Shown one piece after another: positions 8,605-12,542 of a stretch of 12,542 nucleotides of DNA. The position numbers and the translations under genes are program-made. The DNA lies in assembly GCF_006345805.1 (NCBI RefSeq), contig NW_021826565.1, forward strand, positions 1 through 12,542. Direction: 5' to 3'. Within the stretch, counting starts at the first letter, position 1, and every line of letters begins with the position of its first letter. Source of the DNA: Octopus sinensis (Eukaryota). The notes below the pieces were generated by a model. That model saw only the letters and a list, made by a program, of their open reading frames with translations. It searched no databases and was not told the DNA's origin.

Positions 8605-8765
8605 ACTTAGCGATCCGGCAAAGAGGACCGATAAAATAAGTATCAGATTTAAAAAATATGTACCGGAGTCGATAGAGTCGACTAAAAGTATTCTTCAAAG
8701 GGGTGCCCCAGCATGACCGCTTGTCTAATGACTGAAACAAGCAAAAGATAAAAGATAATAGATAC
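8605..8765 (+). mobile_element. Diverged 3' module of the composite SINE family at 5213-5638
   Basis: CTTAGCGATCCGGCAAAGAGGACCGATAAAATAAGTA...GGTGCCCCAGCATGACCGC...TGACTGAAACAAGCAAAAGATAAAAGA. Confidence 0.8.
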
Positions 8766-8798
8766 CTTTATCAACTCATCAATTTCCATATATTAATA

Positions 8799-9309
8799 CT
8801 AGCAGTATCGCCCGGCGTTGCTCGGATTTGTAAGGGAAATAACTATATAAGCATTTTTAGTGAGTTACTTCCCTTATAGATGCCAATTCGGGCTTTCTTA
8901 GCCATTTCTGTTTTAGTGTCTTCAAGCCATGAAGTCGTTGTTCTAAAAGAACGCTGGTCTCCTTGACAACGCTTTACGACGTTGATATCCTTACACTCCC
9001 TTCCCCACAGCTTCACAAGGGAGGGAAGAAGGGGGAGAAGCAAACAGGTGCAGGTGTGACCATGGACGCCAACTCCGCCGCCATCGACACACGAAAAAAT
9101 ATGCATTAAAATGGAATAAAAAATTATGTTAAATTATTTTTTAAATCGTAGACTCATCGTAGACGCGCGCTAATAGCCAGACGGGCTCGATATGAATCAC
9201 GACCATAAGATACCCGAATTTGGTTAAACTGCACCGCAAAATGTGGGAGTAGTTAGGAATCTAAATCGAAGGGGACAGACACTCACACAACTACAGTTTT
9301 ATATATTAA
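8799..9309 (-). mobile_element. Non-autonomous Helitron, first of a head-to-tail pair (5' TC missing)
   Basis: CTAG 3' end at 8799 with a subterminal hairpin; about 21 differences from 9310-9826 by eye (about 96% identical). Confidence 0.88.
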
Positions 9310-9826
9310 CTAGCAGTATCGCCCGGCGTTGCTCGGGTTTGTAAGGGAAATAACTATATAAGCATTTTTAGTGAGTTACTTCCCTTATAGATGCCAATTC
9401 GGGCTTGCTTAGCCATTTTTGTTTTGGTGTCTTCAAGCCATGAAGTCGTTGTTCTAAAAGAACGCTGGTTTCCTTGACAACGCATTACGACGTTGATTTC
9501 TTTACACTCCCTTCCCCACAGCTTCACGAGGGAGGGAAGAAGGGGGAGAAGCAAACACAGGTGCAGGTGTTTGAGCGTGGACGCCAACTCCGCCGCCATC
9601 GACACACGAAAAATTATGCATTAAAATGGAATAAAAAATGATGTTAAATTATTTTTAAAATCGTAGACTCATCGTAGACGCGCGCTAATACTCAGACGGG
9701 CTCGATATGAATCACGACTATAAGATACCCGAATTTGGTTAAACTGCACCGCAAAATGTGGGAGGAGTTAGGAATCTAAATCGAAGGGGACAGACACTCA
9801 CACAACTAGAGTTTTATATATATAGA
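9310..9826 (-). mobile_element. Non-autonomous Helitron, complete, second of the pair
   Basis: 5' TCTATATATATAAAAC at 9826, hairpin CCCGAGCAACGCCGGG, 3' CTAG at 9310, A|T flanks. Confidence 0.9.
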
Positions 9827-9941
9827 TATATTACACATAGCAGCTTAGTTAAAATCTCCCATACTCGAGTCATATTTTCTGTTTTTTATCAGGTTTACTT
9901 TTTAAAACTTCACAAAGAAATAACTTCCCCGAATAGGCATT

Positions 9942-10580
9942 GGTTTCAAATCTTAGCACTAGCTCACAGGTTCGGTGGATGGGGCAAGGCGATTGAATCG
10001 ACCCCAGTGCTCAAATAGTTCTTATTTTTAAAAAAACCTAAAATTCAAAAGACTAAGTCGCCCTTGGCAGGATTTGGCCTCAAAACGTAAGGGCGGATGA
10101 AATGCCCATTTCTTTACTACCCACAAGGGGCTAAACACAGAGTGGCCAAACAAGGACAGACAAACGGATTAAGTCGATTACATCGACCCCAGTGCGTAAC
10201 TGGTACTTAATTTATCGACCCCGAAAGGATGAAAGGCAAAGTCGACCTCGGCGGAGTTTTAACTCAGAACGCAGCGGCGGACGAAATACCTATTTCTTTA
10301 CTACCCACAAGGGGCTAAACACAGAGCGGACAAACAAGGACAGACAAACGGATTAAGTCGACTACATCGGCCCCAGTGCGTAACTGGTACTTAATTTATC
10401 GACCCCGAAAGGATAAAAGGCAAAGTCGACCTCGGCGGAATTTGAACTCAGAACGCAGCGGCGGACGAAATACCGCCAAGCATTTCGCCCGGCGTTCTGA
10501 AACTTACTGCCAGCTGGCCGGATGAAATACCATTAAGTATTACGTTCGGTCTGCTAACGATTCTGCCAGCTTGCCACTCC
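9942..10580 (-). mobile_element. Nested SINE complex: young head plus two 184-bp units (about 10519-10107) inside an older diverged SINE (head 10580-10520, body 10106-9942)
   Basis: Two A-box heads in series on the minus strand, two near-identical B-box/core/tail units with a 184-bp period, then a highly diverged body ending in the TTTGAAACC-type tail. Confidence 0.85.
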
Positions 10581-10624
10581 GACCAAGGATGTATGTCACA
10601 ATTATGAGTAGAAGTTCCTCGACA

Positions 10625-10880
10625 TATTTTTTTTTATCCTTTTCAATCATTAGACTACGGCCATGCTGGGGCACCGCCTTCAAGAACATTTTAGTCGAAT
10701 GAATAGACACCAGTACTTAGTTTTCTGAAGCCTGGTACTTATTATATCGGTCTCTTTTTGCCGAACCCACTACGTTACAAAGATGTAAGCAAACCAAGGC
10801 CGGTTTTCAGGCAGTGGACAAGCGCGCAAGGGTGCACGGATGCAAACACGTACACACACAGACACACACACACACATATA
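10625..10880 (-). mobile_element. Diverged 3' module and microsatellite of the composite SINE family
   Basis: GGCCATGCTGGGGCACCGCCTT...GGTACTTATTATATCGGTCTCTTTTTGCCGAACC matches 5240-5365; a (CA)n tract lies at about 10850-10876. Confidence 0.8.
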
Positions 10881-10888
10881 TAAACAGA

Positions 10889-11286
10889 CTAGTAGTATCG
10901 CCCGCGTTGCTCGGGTTTGTAAGGGAAATAACTATATAAGCATTTTTAAAGAGTTATATCCAAAAAATAGCAAAAAATGCATTAAAATGGAAAAAAATGA
11001 TGGTAATTATTTTTTTAAATCGTTGACTCATCGTAGACATTTTTAGAGAGTTACTTCCCTTATATAATAGCGAAAAAATGCATTAAAATGGAAATAAATG
11101 ATGGTAAATTATTTTTAAAATCGTAGACTCATCGTAGACGCGCGCTAATACCCAGAAGGGCTCGATATGAATCACGACTATAAGATACCCGGTTTTGGTT
11201 AAACTGCACCGCAAAATGTGGGAGTAGTTAGGAATCTAAATCGTAGGAGACAGACACTCACACAACTTCACTTTTATATATAAAGA
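10889..11286 (-). mobile_element. Non-autonomous Helitron with an internal about 100-bp tandem duplication
   Basis: 5' TC at 11286, 3' CTAG at 10889, A|T flanks; shares its 5' about 190 bp with 9310-9826. Confidence 0.88.
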
Positions 11287-11303
11287 TTAGTGATTTATCT
11301 CTT

Positions 11304-11461
11304 AGGAATGCACCATGCAGTGAAGGTGTAAGATATCTGTGCAAACGGGAAATTTAAAAGATTCCCCTTTTACGAAAACGAACGATGAAAATATTCAACT
11401 ACGAAAGGCAAAAGAAAAATACTGTAGAGCAATTCTAAATCCGAAATTGAACCGAAAATAG
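11304..11461 (+). pseudogene. C-terminal fragment of a Penelope-like element GIY-YIG endonuclease
   Basis: Hand translation with frameshifts gives RNAPCSE / DICANGKFKRFPFY / KTNDENIQLRKAKEKYCRAILNPKLNRK*, resembling the terminal R..KE..(F)I..L.P.LN segment of PLE GIY-YIG domains. The GIY and YIG motifs themselves are absent. Confidence 0.65.
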
Positions 11462-11570
11462 CCAACACTCCATAGAATAAACAATGGTAAAAGAATATTT
11501 ATGACTAACTATGAACGACAGGGGAAGAATAAATCATGAAAACCCTAAGTCCGAATATAAACCGGAAATA

Positions 11571-11578
11571 ATTACTAT

Positions 11579-11647
<69 letters not shown>

Positions 11648-11849
11648 CACTACCACTACCACTACAACTAATACTACTACTACTACTACTACTTTGCTGC
11701 TGCTGCTGCTAATACTACTACTACTACTACTGCTGTTGCTGCTAATACTACTGCTACTACTACTGCTGTTGCTGCTAATACTACTACTACTGTTGCTGCT
11801 GCTGTTACTACTACTACTACCACTGCTGTTGTTGCTGCTGCTGCTGCTG

Positions 11850-11897
<48 letters not shown>

Positions 11898-11902
11898 TTA
11901 CT
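11571..11902. repeat. Compound (ACT)/(ACC)/(GCT)/(GTT) trinucleotide repeat
   Basis: Direct repeat with recurring higher-order blocks such as CTACTACTGCTGTTGCTGCTAATA. Confidence 0.97.
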
Positions 11903-12205
11903 ACGAAAATAGCAACTTCCTCATTTCATGCATTAAACTAAGAGCGCGCGTGCTTGAAAAGGTTGGTCGAAAGCGTTCACGGACAAGGAAAAAAAATCTT
12001 CCAAAAATAGTTAATGACATCTCGATATAAGATTTTTTGACTTTCCTTTAAAAAATCCCCTCCATACTTAAAGACTGTATTAAGTAACTTTATCATAAAA
12101 GTTTTCAAATATAATGTAATATTATAATCGCAGCGTGGAAGTTGTTTATAAGCCATTTAAGAAACACACAAAAACCGTTAGATTCACTTCAACATTTAAA
12201 TTCAA

Positions 12206-12256
12206 TTTGTCAAAATATTTTCCTCGCTTTCAGACCGCGACCTGTTCACTGAGAAA
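12206..12256 (-). ncRNA. Candidate minimal type I hammerhead ribozyme, G3-C8 core variant (Penelope-type)
   Basis: TTTCTCA|GTGAACA|GGTCGC-GGTCTGAAA-GCGAG|GAA|AATATT|T|TGACAAA gives helix I with 6/7 pairs, helix II TCGC/GCGA, and a palindromic helix III. Confidence 0.6.
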
Positions 12257-12295
12257 ACTTCGTGCTGCATCTGAGAAAGTAACAGTTAGTTCATG

Positions 12296-12484
12296 ATATA
12301 TATGTACGTATGTATGTGTGTGTGTATGTATATGTGTACGTATGTATGTAAGTACGTATGTGTGTATGTATGTATGTATGTATGTATGTATGTATGTATG
12401 TATGTATGCATGCATGCATGCATGCATGTATGTGTGTATGTATGTATGTATGTATGTATGTATGTATGTATGTATGTATGTATG

Positions 12485-12518
<34 letters not shown>

Positions 12519-12542
12519 TGTATGTATGTATGTATGTTGTAT
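12296..12542. repeat. (TATG)n microsatellite with TG and CATG variants
   Basis: Direct tandem repeat running to the window end. Confidence 0.97.

Noticed and set aside
10107-10474. CRISPR-like or satellite array
   Set aside because: The 184-bp units are whole SINE bodies with no unique spacers, in a eukaryotic context with no cas genes.
11511-11912. 133-aa poly-Thr/poly-Leu ORF
   Set aside because: It is a translation of a compound trinucleotide microsatellite.

Overview
Eukaryotic, repeat-saturated non-genic DNA with no supportable host gene. The SINE families and microsatellite load resemble an octopus (coleoid cephalopod) genome; this is inferred from remembered repeat sequences, not from a search. 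From left to right: two Tx1/L1-clade LINE copies on the minus strand, stacked in GATA/CATA microsatellites, one lacking its endonuclease and RT core; a cluster of hairpins around a GATA tract; several tRNA-derived SINEs; a fossil R4/Dong-like LINE split by a Helitron; a Gypsy integrase end with PPT and 3' LTR; three more non-autonomous Helitrons; a Penelope-like GIY-YIG C-terminus; and a minimal hammerhead-ribozyme motif. Two signals stand out. First, a SINE variant whose 3' tail matches the 3' end of the Tx1-like LINE and which occurs three times joined to the same GGTATTTCRTC site inside other members of its own family, once with an apparent target-site duplication, suggesting a self-targeting SINE. 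Second, a hammerhead motif with the C3-G8 core pair swapped to G3-C8. All alignments, translations and folds were done by eye.
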